NCBI GenBank assembly: GCA_964458565.1
Contig: CAYWJO010000006.1
Span: forward strand, 32,001-96,000
Direction of reading: 5' to 3'
DNA from: an uncultured archaeon
GTDB taxonomy: Archaea > Asgardarchaeota > Thorarchaeia > Thorarchaeales > Thorarchaeaceae
DNA: 64,000 bases
In this document: positions 1 through 10,535 of the stretch, in pieces
How positions within the stretch are numbered: the first letter of the stretch is position 1
Layout: each line of letters starts with the position of its first letter
The notes under the pieces: generated by a model
What the model saw: the letters and a program-made list of their open reading frames with translations, nothing else
What the model was told of the DNA's origin: nothing
Database searches by the model: none
Program-made: the position numbers and the translations under genes

Positions 1-3000
1 AGTGATGATCAGCAAGTTCTCGCTCTTTTAAACAACGAAGTGGACCTCATGGGGGACTGGATGGACCCTGTCCATCGTCTTACGTTGGAAGAAGCAGAAG
101 ATGTTGAGGTGGTTGAACACCTCCGAAATGGATATGGATACCTCACCATTAACACTGCAAAGAATCCATTCAATTATACAGCATTCAGACGAGCATTTGC
201 CTTTGCATTAGATAAGGAAGCTGTTGCTGAATCGGTCTGGGATGGTTTGTCTGTCCCCCTAGATTCCTGTATTCCAAGGATGAATCCGTTCTCATGTGAA
301 GGGTTACTTCCGTACACCTATTACGAGAGCAATATCGAACTGGGAAATGCGTTGCTGGATGATGCGGGTTTTCAAATAGATGGTATGACTGGTTTCAGAA
401 CCGACCCTCATGGTAATCCATTCAGCGTAATATTGGAGTTTGCCCAACCAGGTAGTACCATAATAGAAGGAATGCAACTTGCTGCTGAAGCATTACAAGC
501 ACTATATGTGAATGCAACCTCAGAACCAACTGATTTCTACAACTATCTAAATCGGCTATACTTCCATGGTGACTATGATATGGTTTTTCTTGGCGATGAC
601 TTCGATAACTTTGATGTTGACTGGCTCGCTACCGAGTATTGGTCAGAAACTGTAGATGAGCCATACCATAACTTCCCAAATTGGGTAAACTCTACGTATG
701 ATAGCTGGAGAGACCAGCTCCTCCATGCAACTGATTTCGAGGATGTCTATGAGGCAGCTTTCAAGATGCAGGAGATCTGGGTCCATGCGTGTCCGATGAT
801 TATAATGTATCAAAACACATTGCTCTCTGCCTATAGAACTGACAAGTTTGAAGGGTATGTCAATGATGCACTACAAGGCGTAGCAGGTTGGTGGACGAAT
901 CAGAAAATACACCTTATTGAATCAGATAGAGGGCTCTATGGGGGAACATTTCGTTGGAGTAATCCTCTTGACCTTGATACGTTTAACTTCATGGCAAGTA
1001 CTTCGTCATATACGCAAAACGTGCTCCAGATGCTCTATGACAGTCTCTTCAGGTATGATGCCCAAGGTAATATGATACCTTGGCTTGTTGAATCGTATGA
1101 CATAGAAACAAACGAAGATAATCCAAATGTAGGAGTGGGAAACACGAGATTTTCAATTGAGATAGTGAAAAATGCGACGTGGAGTGATGGTGTGCCTCTT
1201 TCTGCACAAGATGTGGCATACACGTACAATTTCTATCGGGAGGGAGAGGATAATCCATATGGAGAAGATTTGGTTGATCTACTCTCAGCATATGCTCCAA
1301 CAGACTATACATTCATTATAGAGTTTGAGGGTGAATCATATTGGCATATTTCTAAACTTGTGAAACCAATTCTTCCAAAACACTATCTTCTTGATGTCAG
1401 TCCTGAGAATTGGAGTCGATGGGTGCCCGATAATGAGGTTCCAACTCTCGTGACATCTGGACCATTCTATGTTAATGATTATGTTGCGGGTGAATATACC
1501 GAACTTGCAGTCAATGAATATTACTTCAGAAGCACAAGATGGAGAGAGGGTGATGAAAATGACGATGCTTTCAAGATTCTATCGAGTGATGGTATCACCA
1601 AGAATAATCCGATAATTATCGGAGAGATAGCACCTTATGCTGCTTCTGAAGGGCAATCAAGCTTGCAGGGAACATCCAGACAGTTTGTATCAATGGACAT
1701 GGTCGTTGCTGAAGACGAGGATATTAGCCTAACATGGACAGCCAATGACAACCATATACCTTCAGAACTATTCAGTGGAAATATTGTAGATGGAGATCAT
1801 ATCCTTGTAAATGCAAGCTATAATCCGGGCAATGCCTTGAATATGACATTAGATTTTATTTCTGGTATATATTTCAATGAGACACAATCATTAGTAATTC
1901 CGGATTCTTCCTATGACATATTCTCGGGGATGATCGATGAATCACAATATTCATGGATGACTGTCGAAGGAATCAAAGCTGGTGATATCGTTTTCATCAC
2001 TGCAAACTTCACAAATGGCGATAGCGATTTCTTGGCATGGTGGAATGATACCGATAGCTCTACCTGGAGTTACTCAAATAACCTTCTAGGATCGGATATG
2101 AGCTCAGGTGCCAAACCTGAAACCATCTATTTTCAAGCTGAAAGAGACGGAACTCTAAGAGTTGCCTGCTTCTGCTATGACCTCGAACCAGGATTCTGGA
2201 CATTGGTTGTGGATACGCAGTCTATAGTTTCAGTAGAAAACGAAGGTAGTTGGGTAACCTTCGACACGTACGAGTTTGAGAAAAACGTGACTGTCGCTCT
2301 TAGGGTCTCTGGATATAATGAAACTGAACATTATTTCGAAACAGAGTATGATTCCATCAGATTCAACAATTTCTTTGCTCCCGTGGTCGATCTGATTAGC
2401 CCATGGGGAGGGGAAATAGTAAGTGGCATTAAACTGATTCTCTGGGAGGCCACATCAAGAAACATTAATCATGATTTTACACATGAAATATTGATATCAA
2501 ATGACGGGGGACAGAGTTACCAACTTTTTGCGACAGGACTTGTAATAGAAAACAGAGTATGGTATGCTGATAACTGGAAGTTCTCGAATCAGTACATGTT
2601 GATGGTACGAACATATGATAGAGGGATGGTTGGAATAGACGTGACCAATACAACATTCTCTGCTGGAAATCCGGACCTCATTGATACTGAAGCACCTTGC
2701 ATTATTGGAATAGACCAAATGGTAATGGAATATGGGTCAGTCAATAACACACTCGTATGGTTGGTCATTGATTTACATCCTGGTTGGTTCTCAGTTTATG
2801 TAAATGAACAGTTACAAGTTGCAGCAAATCTATCGTATACTAGAAGTGTATTTGTGGTCAATTGTGACGATTTCGAGGTAGGTGTACACAATGTATTCCT
2901 ATCAGTCGTAGATGAATACGGAAATGCAGCTTCATCATCAGTATGGGTTGGAGTTTTAGGACCTACTTCAACCACTCAAACCTCATGGGAACCAACATCC

Positions 3001-3186
3001 ACCACTTCAACCACAACAGTACCGACTTCATCCTCGGTAACAACATCTTACACTACTCATGACACAACAACTCCCACAGGCTTCTGGGAAGGTCTCACCC
3101 AAATGATACTATTAGCAATAACATTTGGTTCTGTAACTATAATTATCGTGTTCTCAGTTCTCATTATCAAAAATAGAAAGAGCTAG
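1..3186 (+). CDS. ABC transporter peptide/nickel substrate-binding protein (family 5) with extra extracellular beta domains, S/T linker and C-terminal TM anchor; 5'-truncated by window edge
   Basis: Frame open from base 1; motifs FRRAFAFALDK, LYDSLF, NATWSDGVPLSAQDVAYT, SGPFYV; Ig-like DTEAP module; Thr/Ser tract; terminal hydrophobic helix + KNRKS. Confidence 0.85.
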   Translation, partial: SDDQQVLALLNNEVDLMGDWMDPVHRLTLEEAEDVEVVEHLRNGYGYLTINTAKNPFNYTAFRRAFAFALDKEAVAESVWDGLSVPLDSCIPRMNPFSCEGLLPYTYYESNIELGNALLDDAGFQIDGMTGFRTDPHGNPFSVILEFAQPGSTIIEGMQLAAEALQALYVNATSEPTDFYNYLNRLYFHGDYDMVFLGDDFDNFDVDWLATEYWSETVDEPYHNFPNWVNSTYDSWRDQLLHATDFEDVYEAAFKMQEIWVHACPMIIMYQNTLLSAYRTDKFEGYVNDALQGVAGWWTNQKIHLIESDRGLYGGTFRWSNPLDLDTFNFMASTSSYTQNVLQMLYDSLFRYDAQGNMIPWLVESYDIETNEDNPNVGVGNTRFSIEIVKNATWSDGVPLSAQDVAYTYNFYREGEDNPYGEDLVDLLSAYAPTDYTFIIEFEGESYWHISKLVKPILPKHYLLDVSPENWSRWVPDNEVPTLVTSGPFYVNDYVAGEYTELAVNEYYFRSTRWREGDENDDAFKILSSDGITKNNPIIIGEIAPYAASEGQSSLQGTSRQFVSMDMVVAEDEDISLTWTANDNHIPSELFSGNIVDGDHILVNASYNPGNALNMTLDFISGIYFNETQSLVIPDSSYDIFSGMIDESQYSWMTVEGIKAGDIVFITANFTNGDSDFLAWWNDTDSSTWSYSNNLLGSDMSSGAKPETIYFQAERDGTLRVACFCYDLEPGFWTLVVDTQSIVSVENEGSWVTFDTYEFEKNVTVALRVSGYNETEHYFETEYDSIRFNNFFAPVVDLISPWGGEIVSGIKLILWEATSRNINHDFTHEILISNDGGQSYQLFATGLVIENRVWYADNWKFSNQYMLMVRTYDRGMVGIDVTNTTFSAGNPDLIDTEAPCIIGIDQMVMEYGSVNNTLVWLVIDLHPGWFSVYVNEQLQVAANLSYTRSVFVVNCDDFEVGVHNVFLSVVDEYGNAASSSVWVGVLGPTSTTQTSWEPTSTTSTTTVPTSSSVTTSYTTHDTTTPTGFWEGLTQMILLAITFGSVTIIIVFSVLIIKNRKS

Positions 3187-3427
3187 AATCGAATGTGATA
3201 ATATAAATTTAAGGGATTTTATTCGAAGACGTGTTGTTTTCAGGAATTGCGACAGGGAGCTTGATACACCGATTAATCAGGAGGCATAGTCACAATCAGA
3301 TATGCACAATATGAAAGCCTATTATAGCAGTTTATCTATACTTAAGAGAACAAATCAGACCAATGGGTGCTCACCCTTTTTATAATTGCACAAACTTGGA
3401 CTGAGATTGTTCGAAGGTGTTCAACAA

Positions 3428-3679
3428 ATGAGAAGAGGCAGTTTGAAGGGTTTCGAGGGGTCTATCACAAGAGTTGTCAAAACAAAAGGATCGCATAGGG
3501 AGTATTTCATAAAGGGAGAGCCAGATACATCGTTCAAGGATGCATTAATCGAGTCATGGCCGTTCATTGATCACAATGACGATGAGAAATGGAAGATTGT
3601 CACTCCATCAGGGGAAGACATCACTGAAAAGACTCTCTCTAGCCACGAAGGGACAGTTATCGTCGAATTTCTCAAGTGA
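3428..3679 (+). CDS. small hypothetical protein (possible beta-grasp fold)
   Basis: ATG at 3428 after GAAGGTG; soluble alpha/beta pattern. Confidence 0.55.
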   Translation: MRRGSLKGFEGSITRVVKTKGSHREYFIKGEPDTSFKDALIESWPFIDHNDDEKWKIVTPSGEDITEKTLSSHEGTVIVEFLK

Positions 3680-3740
3680 CAGTCATTTATAGATTGTCAA
3701 TGATACCAGCTATGCCATTCGGTCGAAAATACCGATGCAT

Positions 3741-4601
3741 CTAATCAGCATACTTTGCAATTCCGTTTGTTAGGACTGATTGACCCGCAGGATTCTTGGT
3801 TTCAAATCGAATCACGTGTTGTCCGTTTTCATCAGTTGCAGCATCATAGACCACGGTAGTAAGCGCCTCTCCCATTAGCACAGGTTTAGAGAAGCGAACC
3901 TTTATGTATCGAAGTCTTTTTGGGTCTCCATCTAGTAGCTCATCCACAATTGTCTGTGATGCAAAAGCCATCGTACAGAGACCATGAAGTATTGAGCTAG
4001 GTAGTCCGACGAATCGGGCTATATCATCGTCGATGTGAATTGGATTGTAATCACCTGAAGCTTCTGCGTATATCTTACCTTGATCAGCCGAAACGATGAT
4101 TGTACGTTCGGCAATTTTCTCGCCATATGATTGGGTTTTCTGCTTCAGTTTTTGCACTTTCTCGTCCTTCTTGACCCCCCTCATCATCAAACGATATTGC
4201 ATCTCAACAAGGGTAACTCCTTCATGTTTACACTCTATATGTAAATCCAATAGCTCATTCACACCACGTTGTTCCATGTTTACAATCTTCGTAGTGGTGA
4301 TAACCTCAGCCCCAGGAAGAATCCTACCCTTCCACCACATCTCCTGTTCTGCATGGACCACACGCAAGAGGTCAAGATTCATATCTTCCGCTTCTTCAGC
4401 GAGTTTGTCAATGATTTCGCGAATAAAGACCACAGGATATAGAGGAGAATGTGACACACCTTCAGGAGATTCTGTGTCATAGTAAAGTGGATTGGTTTCA
4501 TTGGTTGCTCTCGCATATTTAATCATAGACTCTTCTGTTGCAATTTGAACACCACTCGAATATTCCTTACCAATGTAGCTCCTATCTAATTTGGATTCCA
4601 A
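3741..4601 (-). CDS. MaoC-family double hot-dog (R)-enoyl-CoA hydratase/dehydratase
   Basis: YAEASGDYNPIH...ILHGLCTM hydratase motif, N-terminal YARATNETNP and VVHAEQE; TTG start after GGAGGT. Confidence 0.9.
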   Translation of the reverse strand: MESKLDRSYIGKEYSSGVQIATEESMIKYARATNETNPLYYDTESPEGVSHSPLYPVVFIREIIDKLAEEAEDMNLDLLRVVHAEQEMWWKGRILPGAEVITTTKIVNMEQRGVNELLDLHIECKHEGVTLVEMQYRLMMRGVKKDEKVQKLKQKTQSYGEKIAERTIIVSADQGKIYAEASGDYNPIHIDDDIARFVGLPSSILHGLCTMAFASQTIVDELLDGDPKRLRYIKVRFSKPVLMGEALTTVVYDAATDENGQHVIRFETKNPAGQSVLTNGIAKYAD

Positions 4602-4747
4602 TCTCAAACCTCCGAAGTACCGAAGTCGGAAATTCAATTTAACAAGTTTCCATTCTCATACACCTAATCAGTCTATGGGAGCTAAATTATGAACTAAGTC
4701 TATGGAATGGAAACCACTCAGAACTGTTATTATCCAGTTTAATCTAT

Positions 4748-5098
4748 ATGAAAAACAGCGAGGTATTGAAAGTGAGTATTCATGACAAGTACGAGGAAGA
4801 GATGCGAAAAATATGTGAAGAATATTACAAATTGGATAAAGAGAGAGATGCTCTTGAAGAGCAGTTAGAGCATTTGCATGAATATATGGAGATTACCATG
4901 CGTAAATATGACAAGGATGAGTTTGATGATCCCGAAGTCCCTGTCAAAGTGACTAGACTCTCATATACCAGTGAACGAATGAAGAGTGGTGGAAAGGATA
5001 AACTGAAGGAAATCTTGACACAGGAACAATGGTCGGAAATTTATGAGGAGCCTGAGGAGATAGAGCGTATCAGAGTGACTCCACGTAAGATGAAATGA
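4748..5098 (+). CDS. hypothetical charged coiled-coil protein
   Basis: 116-aa ORF, E/K-rich heptads; start may be GTG 4772. Confidence 0.65.
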   Translation: MKNSEVLKVSIHDKYEEEMRKICEEYYKLDKERDALEEQLEHLHEYMEITMRKYDKDEFDDPEVPVKVTRLSYTSERMKSGGKDKLKEILTQEQWSEIYEEPEEIERIRVTPRKMK

Positions 5099-5282
5099 TA
5101 TTTCATTACTCGTGAGGTCAGACACTAAGAGGGGAGATGCTGTCACCGGATATATGCATTTTGTGTTTGTTTTCGTTTGCAATTATCAGTCCTAGTGGTA
5201 GTGCTATAATTAATCACAAACTGTCATTCATAGAGCGTGTATGCAGTGATTTCCGAAATGGAAATTTCCAGAATGAACCATT

Positions 5283-5735
5283 CTATTGTATTCCAGACCA
5301 GATTCTATATACCTCCGCCCAGAAGAAGACCACTGAGATTGATCCGATGGTCAGCGCAAAGAGACTATGTATACTATAATCGAATCCAACAAATGTAGCA
5401 TAGAATAGCAACAAGCTTGTAACAATAATTGCGTATACAAATACTCTAGGAATTACCTTAAACCTAACAAAGAGAAAATTGTCGAGAAACCCAAGGTCCG
5501 CGTTAGGGTTCACCTGATATTCACCTGTAGATGTCTTCTCAACTAGATAGTGGTCTTGTAGTTTCTCTAGGTGGTAAAGTGCTACGGTATGACTACTCAT
5601 ACCAAGGCGACGCGCAATTTCCCTTGGTCCAAGAGGTTCTCTAACGGCTAAGAGCTTCATGAGGACTTTCCATGTTGCAGGACCGAGCTCAAAAATGAGA
5701 GGCAGCTCGATATCATCTTCATTCAGAATCATCAA
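5283..5735 (-). CDS. membrane-tethered winged-helix transcriptional regulator (N-terminal wHTH + 2 TM)
   Basis: LGPREIARRLGMSSHTVALYHLEKL...GEY wHTH followed by two hydrophobic helices; overlaps upstream gene. Confidence 0.8.
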   Translation of the reverse strand: MMILNEDDIELPLIFELGPATWKVLMKLLAVREPLGPREIARRLGMSSHTVALYHLEKLQDHYLVEKTSTGEYQVNPNADLGFLDNFLFVRFKVIPRVFVYAIIVTSLLLFYATFVGFDYSIHSLFALTIGSISVVFFWAEVYRIWSGIQ

Positions 5736-7566
5736 CCTCTGTCTGCGATAACCTTTCTGTCTTATATGATTTATATCTTAAGAACAATACTTCAAGAACT
5801 ATCACTACAAATGCCAAAAATGCAAGATGCGCCCCAATTTCTGCATTTTGGTTATATGGACCAAAAAACATCAAACCGATTCCACCGATAAAACCCAATA
5901 TTCCTGGAATCGCAGGTGGTAGCAGAGTCTTCAAGTTCAAATCCAGAGACTCATCAAAGAGAACCTGTTTTAAAATGAAAAAGAAAGGTATCCAAAAAAT
6001 CATAATAATCCAAAGAAGAGTGCTGATGTCCGGGATGAGGTGCACCAAAGTTATCCCTGGTATATGAGTGACATACTCTAACCCTAACGCAGGTGTATAG
6101 CTTCTGACGGTGGGATTCTGACCAATGTAAGTGAAAGAGAAACCAAAGCTAGATTGCCAAGGGAGAATATAGCTTGCAAGCAGGAGAGATAGCGAGAGGG
6201 TCCTTCGATTAGTAACCAAAGCCCGCAATGGGATTGGGGACATAGCATGCCGCAGACTAATGATAGATATGACCACTAATCCAATTATAATGACTAGTAT
6301 CAGTAACTGAACTAAATCAAGGCCATAACCAAAGACAAGGAAGATTGGAAAGGTAATCGTTAGCTCGAGATGATTCGTCAACCCGATTTCAAATTCTGAA
6401 CTGAATCTCGGATTTGAGAGACCATTGATCCGTACGGTCACTGAGAATGAGCTCATCCCAGAGGGTAAGATTAGATATGAGGAAAATTCAGTCAGGAAGA
6501 GAATGGAACCAAGATACGAATAGTAAGATGTTTCTGGAAACTTATAGTAGAGGTCAAGTATGATTTGGGTGTTCAAATTCACATCGACATAGAGACGAAC
6601 AATGTCCATCCTGATTTCTACGTACACCTCAGAATCAGGCGTTATATTCAAAATGAAGTCACCCTCTCTCGGATACTCCGCAGAGATATACCATCCATAT
6701 GTTGCAGCATATTCCCCGGGTGGTAAGAAAATGGTTTCATTGATTGTGGAAGGTAAGATGTACGAAGGCTCAGAGTGTGAATCTGAAGTAATATTGACAT
6801 ATGGCGTAAAGATAGACCGTCCATCTAATCTTCCAAAAAATGTGGCATTCTCAGCATCCTTGAAATTGAGTTTCGTTGGAATCAATAATTCAGGAGATAA
6901 AGCCTCCACTCTTGCATCTCTGATTTGTACTATACCAATTTCAGGAAATTGAAGTATTATCTCAAATTTGACATATACAATCCATTCTTGTGTGATTCCC
7001 TTATAATAATCCAAGGGAACTTCAAAATTGAAGATCCCATCATTATCACCCCATGTGATAATCTCCTCTATCTCTGTAAGTGGATTCCAACCCTCTTCAA
7101 ACACCAACCGAATCCCAACTCTGATGGGACCATTAACAGGTCGAACTATGAAAGAGAAATTGACCGTATCATAGTCATCAATCAATATGTTCAGATATCG
7201 ATACATCCTAAAGTCGATATTAGAACCTGACAACTGTATACCATTTGTGCCATTTTCAAAAAGGATTGCGCCTTCCTCATTGTACTTGTTTTGAGAATAG
7301 CGCCATCCAGATGTCATAGAGAAATCATTCGTTCTCAAGAGATTGAATACTGGAGAAATTGTGTAATTCTCATGGAGTATATCAACTCCAGAAGTACCGG
7401 TGATTTCTGCACCTTGATCTACACTGATTGCTTCATAGCTATATCCAGGTGCAACGATCAGGATAACGGATCCAATAACCATGGAGATTATAATTCCAAT
7501 AATTACTCGTTGAACTAATATCTTACGAAACTTTTTTTGATGGGATGAATGTTCTGCGTCGATCAT
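5719..7566 (-). CDS. hypothetical membrane protein, large extracellular beta-rich region + C-terminal multi-TM domain
   Basis: 615-aa ORF, N-terminal TM, about 5 C-terminal TM segments. Confidence 0.75.
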   Translation of the reverse strand: MIDAEHSSHQKKFRKILVQRVIIGIIISMVIGSVILIVAPGYSYEAISVDQGAEITGTSGVDILHENYTISPVFNLLRTNDFSMTSGWRYSQNKYNEEGAILFENGTNGIQLSGSNIDFRMYRYLNILIDDYDTVNFSFIVRPVNGPIRVGIRLVFEEGWNPLTEIEEIITWGDNDGIFNFEVPLDYYKGITQEWIVYVKFEIILQFPEIGIVQIRDARVEALSPELLIPTKLNFKDAENATFFGRLDGRSIFTPYVNITSDSHSEPSYILPSTINETIFLPPGEYAATYGWYISAEYPREGDFILNITPDSEVYVEIRMDIVRLYVDVNLNTQIILDLYYKFPETSYYSYLGSILFLTEFSSYLILPSGMSSFSVTVRINGLSNPRFSSEFEIGLTNHLELTITFPIFLVFGYGLDLVQLLILVIIIGLVVISIISLRHAMSPIPLRALVTNRRTLSLSLLLASYILPWQSSFGFSFTYIGQNPTVRSYTPALGLEYVTHIPGITLVHLIPDISTLLWIIMIFWIPFFFILKQVLFDESLDLNLKTLLPPAIPGILGFIGGIGLMFFGPYNQNAEIGAHLAFLAFVVIVLEVLFLRYKSYKTERLSQTEVDDSE

Positions 7567-7699
7567 TTATGTTCATGCTAGTAATAGATGAAAATCGTCT
7601 TTAGTCTAGAGTTTAGACCACCTATCATCATCGAAACTTCTTGTTCTATTCTGTAGTATTATATCCAAATTCGTGTAATTTGATAGCGGAGAACTAAGA

Positions 7700-8248
7700 T
7701 TGAATCAGAAACTCGCTGCATTAGTGCTTATTGTCATATCATTAACTGGTATAGGAGCATTCTCCTTTATTGCACTTAATGCAAATTCACAACAAATCCC
7801 ACCCCCATTTGTACCTTCCACCTACGATATTGAACCAGTATCATCTGGAGCCCTGATTCTTTCAGCTGAAGCAATATTCTGGCTGGATTTCATGCCATCT
7901 GTTCCTGAAGAAGGTCCTCCGTTTTATGTTGTCATAAAAATCAACATTACTAACACAGGTAGCTCGATTATTGGTAATTTCAGCGCACCTCGTACAACAC
8001 TCTATTACAATGGTACTCTAACAGCTTTTGCTACACTCGAACTAGAATCTGCAGTGCAATACTTCAAAGCTGTTGAGGTTGGACCTGGTGAAAGCTTTGT
8101 CATGGAGTTCATAAATGAGAGAAGTACGATTTTCTCACCGTCAGTAGATGAGGGAACGGGGCTGTACGCTAGAATTTTCTTCGTTTGGGAAAATGTGAAT
8201 GGGGTAATCCTAACTTCACCACCTGCAGCTGTAGGTTACACATACTAG
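7700..8248 (+). CDS. hypothetical exported/membrane-anchored Ig-like protein
   Basis: TTG start after GGAG, signal-like N-terminus, KINITNTGSS Ig-type strand. Confidence 0.7.
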   Translation: MNQKLAALVLIVISLTGIGAFSFIALNANSQQIPPPFVPSTYDIEPVSSGALILSAEAIFWLDFMPSVPEEGPPFYVVIKINITNTGSSIIGNFSAPRTTLYYNGTLTAFATLELESAVQYFKAVEVGPGESFVMEFINERSTIFSPSVDEGTGLYARIFFVWENVNGVILTSPPAAVGYTY

Positions 8249-8307
8249 CAGTTTCAGAGTACGGACATGTTTGAAATTCTTATGAAAAATTCAATCAATA
8301 TTTGACA

Positions 8308-8901
8308 TTAATAGTACGATATTACGCGCTTAACACGTTTAGCAATGAGAGGATTCAATCTTAGAATTTCATCTATATAATTCGAATCGCGGATATTGAG
8401 AATAACTGTATCCAGACTAGGAGAAATATCCACTACTGAGATCGCACGCTCCAACGGAGTTGGTCCTGATGCATAATAGGTCCCAATACCAATGAAAATC
8501 ACGATACCCAACAATAGAAAGGCATTCGAATCGAGAGGAGTATAGGCAGCATAGCCGAGTATTATCCAAATGCAGATTACAACAGCCAGTAAGACCATCA
8601 AACCACTACAGAGAGCTAAAGGGCCCCGATAGCGTGCTGCTTCCTCAAATGTGATACCATGTTCATCACAGGTTGGAACAAAGAATCGGGATATTGAACC
8701 AAGACGAGGCATCAATCTAGGAGAAGAATGAGCACCATAAGGACCAATCCTTACATCCTGAGCCATAGCCTTATGTCGCTCCAGTTGTGAGATTGCAGGA
8801 ATTGCTCCTTCTGTTGTCACTGGGGCGCCGCAAACAGGACAAAATGAAGGAAATATCACCGTACCGTGTTCAAACTTGATTAGCTGTCCTACACGAAGCA
8901 T
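8308..8901 (-). CDS. hypothetical Zn-binding membrane protein
   Basis: CPVC...CDEH motifs plus two TM helices; ATG 8901 after GGAG. Confidence 0.7.
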   Translation of the reverse strand: MLRVGQLIKFEHGTVIFPSFCPVCGAPVTTEGAIPAISQLERHKAMAQDVRIGPYGAHSSPRLMPRLGSISRFFVPTCDEHGITFEEAARYRGPLALCSGLMVLLAVVICIWIILGYAAYTPLDSNAFLLLGIVIFIGIGTYYASGPTPLERAISVVDISPSLDTVILNIRDSNYIDEILRLNPLIAKRVKRVISYY

Positions 8902-9131
8902 GTGGCTATCTCCAAGATTGTTCTTTGTCGCTATTAGTAAGTAGGTTGTAGTATCTGCATCAATTAGCAGAAGAGCCAAGTTCCTATAAAATATGAGGTT
9001 CGTATTGGAATCCTCCGCTGGACCTCCACCTTACTGAGCCTCCAGTTCGATATAAGGCCAAACAATATAGTTGTACTAGATAGCAAAGTTAATCGGCATA
9101 ATGATTCATAGTGATATACGGTGACGTGAAG

Positions 9132-9374
9132 ATGATGAATCGTTTTCAAGACCTCATGCGTAACAAGTCGGTGGTCCGGATTATTGTGGACACTGTCGTC
9201 GATAAGGCATATGTACAGATAATTGAAGGAACCATAACTCAAGTAGGTAATAGTTACCTTGAGATTGAGAGAGATGCCACACCTGATGAAAAATCTCGAC
9301 ATAAGGGGGAGAGAGTGAAGGTCCTCGTTCCATTCTCGAGGATTAGCGAAACCATTTGTTATGGCCATTGTTAA
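9132..9374 (+). CDS. small protein, probable Sm/LSm-like beta-barrel
   Basis: VVRIIV...IEGTITQVGNSYLEI...VLVPFSRI strand pattern. Confidence 0.55.
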   Translation: MMNRFQDLMRNKSVVRIIVDTVVDKAYVQIIEGTITQVGNSYLEIERDATPDEKSRHKGERVKVLVPFSRISETICYGHC

Positions 9375-9418
9375 ACCTTCAATGCTTCAAATATGAAAGA
9401 TTTAAGAACTGAAGACAG

Positions 9419-10246
9419 GTGAGAGTGCCAACTGGATATGGTTCGGAAATAGCAAACCAGATATTAATTCACAGATTAATGGTCGTGAATAGCGTGGTGT
9501 TAAATGAGAATCCTGATCAACTTGAGCCCTTTGAAACTAAAGCACTGAGCAAGATTATTGCAATCGGTACAATGATAGCAGCACTCTATGCAGTTTTGGT
9601 TTTCCTACCTATATCAGCATTCATTGGTGCCGGAAGTATCCTCAGCGCTGCAATATTCATCGCCCCGCTATTTGGAATCCTTCTTGGACCAAGGTATGGA
9701 GCGATTTTCGGGTTGATTGCAGGCCTTATTGCAACTGTATTTTCTGCACAAATCGGAGGCCTCTATCTCGCTCTTCCACCAATTATTTTTGGACCTGCAA
9801 TATCAGGGTTCCTAACAGGTCTCTGCTTGGAGCGAACAACTACTCTAGGTTCATTAAAAATTCCAGGACCTATGATAGCTGGGTTCTATCTCGTTTTAGT
9901 TGTCATACTGTACCTAATCCCTAACTATAGTGGGTGGTGGTTCATTATTCCTTATGCACTTGCAGCGGTAATTGCATTTGGTCTACAGATATTTGCGGTA
10001 GATATTACCTCCACGTCTAAAATGAAAGCAACCACAGGAATAGTGTTACTGGCAATAATTGGTACTATGACTGACTTCTCCATGATGACCATGGCTTCGG
10101 TATATCAGCTTCAACTGGATGCATACACATTCGGTGTCGTTATCTTTCCAATTATGCTAATCGAGAGAACCGCTGCGGTTATCATTAGCTCCATCATAAT
10201 TGGGGTTTTGTTAGCTGCTTTCAAAGATGAATTACCAATCAGATAA
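9419..10246 (+). CDS. ECF transporter S-component-like membrane protein
   Basis: IAALYAVL...APLFGILLGPRYGAI motif, multiple TM; true start probably downstream of 9419. Confidence 0.7.
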   Translation: MRVPTGYGSEIANQILIHRLMVVNSVVLNENPDQLEPFETKALSKIIAIGTMIAALYAVLVFLPISAFIGAGSILSAAIFIAPLFGILLGPRYGAIFGLIAGLIATVFSAQIGGLYLALPPIIFGPAISGFLTGLCLERTTTLGSLKIPGPMIAGFYLVLVVILYLIPNYSGWWFIIPYALAAVIAFGLQIFAVDITSTSKMKATTGIVLLAIIGTMTDFSMMTMASVYQLQLDAYTFGVVIFPIMLIERTAAVIISSIIIGVLLAAFKDELPIR

Positions 10247-10260
10247 GAAAACAGTGTATG

Positions 10261-10294
10261 AATAAAAAGAATTGAGTGTGTGATCACACACTCA
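10261..10294 (-). terminator. perfect 22-bp palindrome followed on the minus strand by a U-rich tract
   Basis: TGAGTGTGTGATCACACACTCA at 10273-10294, then ATTCTTTTTATT on minus strand. Confidence 0.65.
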
Positions 10295-10310
10295 TTACAT
10301 CATTATGGTT

Positions 10311-10385
10311 TTAATTTCCGGGCTTGATTGGCGATGGAATCCAAGGCCATTCAGGACTGGTCGGGGGTGTGCCGTATTGTATCAT
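10311..10385 (-). CDS. putative 24-aa Pro-rich micropeptide MIQYGTPPTSPEWPWIPSPIKPGN
   Basis: ATG..TAA in a GC-richer island inside AT-rich intergenic DNA; hairpin/U-tract 17 nt downstream. Confidence 0.45.
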   Translation of the reverse strand: MIQYGTPPTSPEWPWIPSPIKPGN

Positions 10386-10535
10386 CCTAATCGAGTTAAC
10401 AGCACATCATTTACTGACAAGTTACTACCCTGCAATTTTACATTTGAAATGAAAGTTGAATTAAAAATGGAAACATTTCTTCAAATACGAAGGTTTATCG
10501 AAGAGTTTTGCAGCGTACCCCATTTGTGTTTGTAG

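Noticed and set aside
10305-10535. 76-aa plus-strand ORF
   Set aside because: Runs through the AT-rich promoter region with no RBS or recognisable features; the minus-strand micro-ORF fits the terminator orientation better
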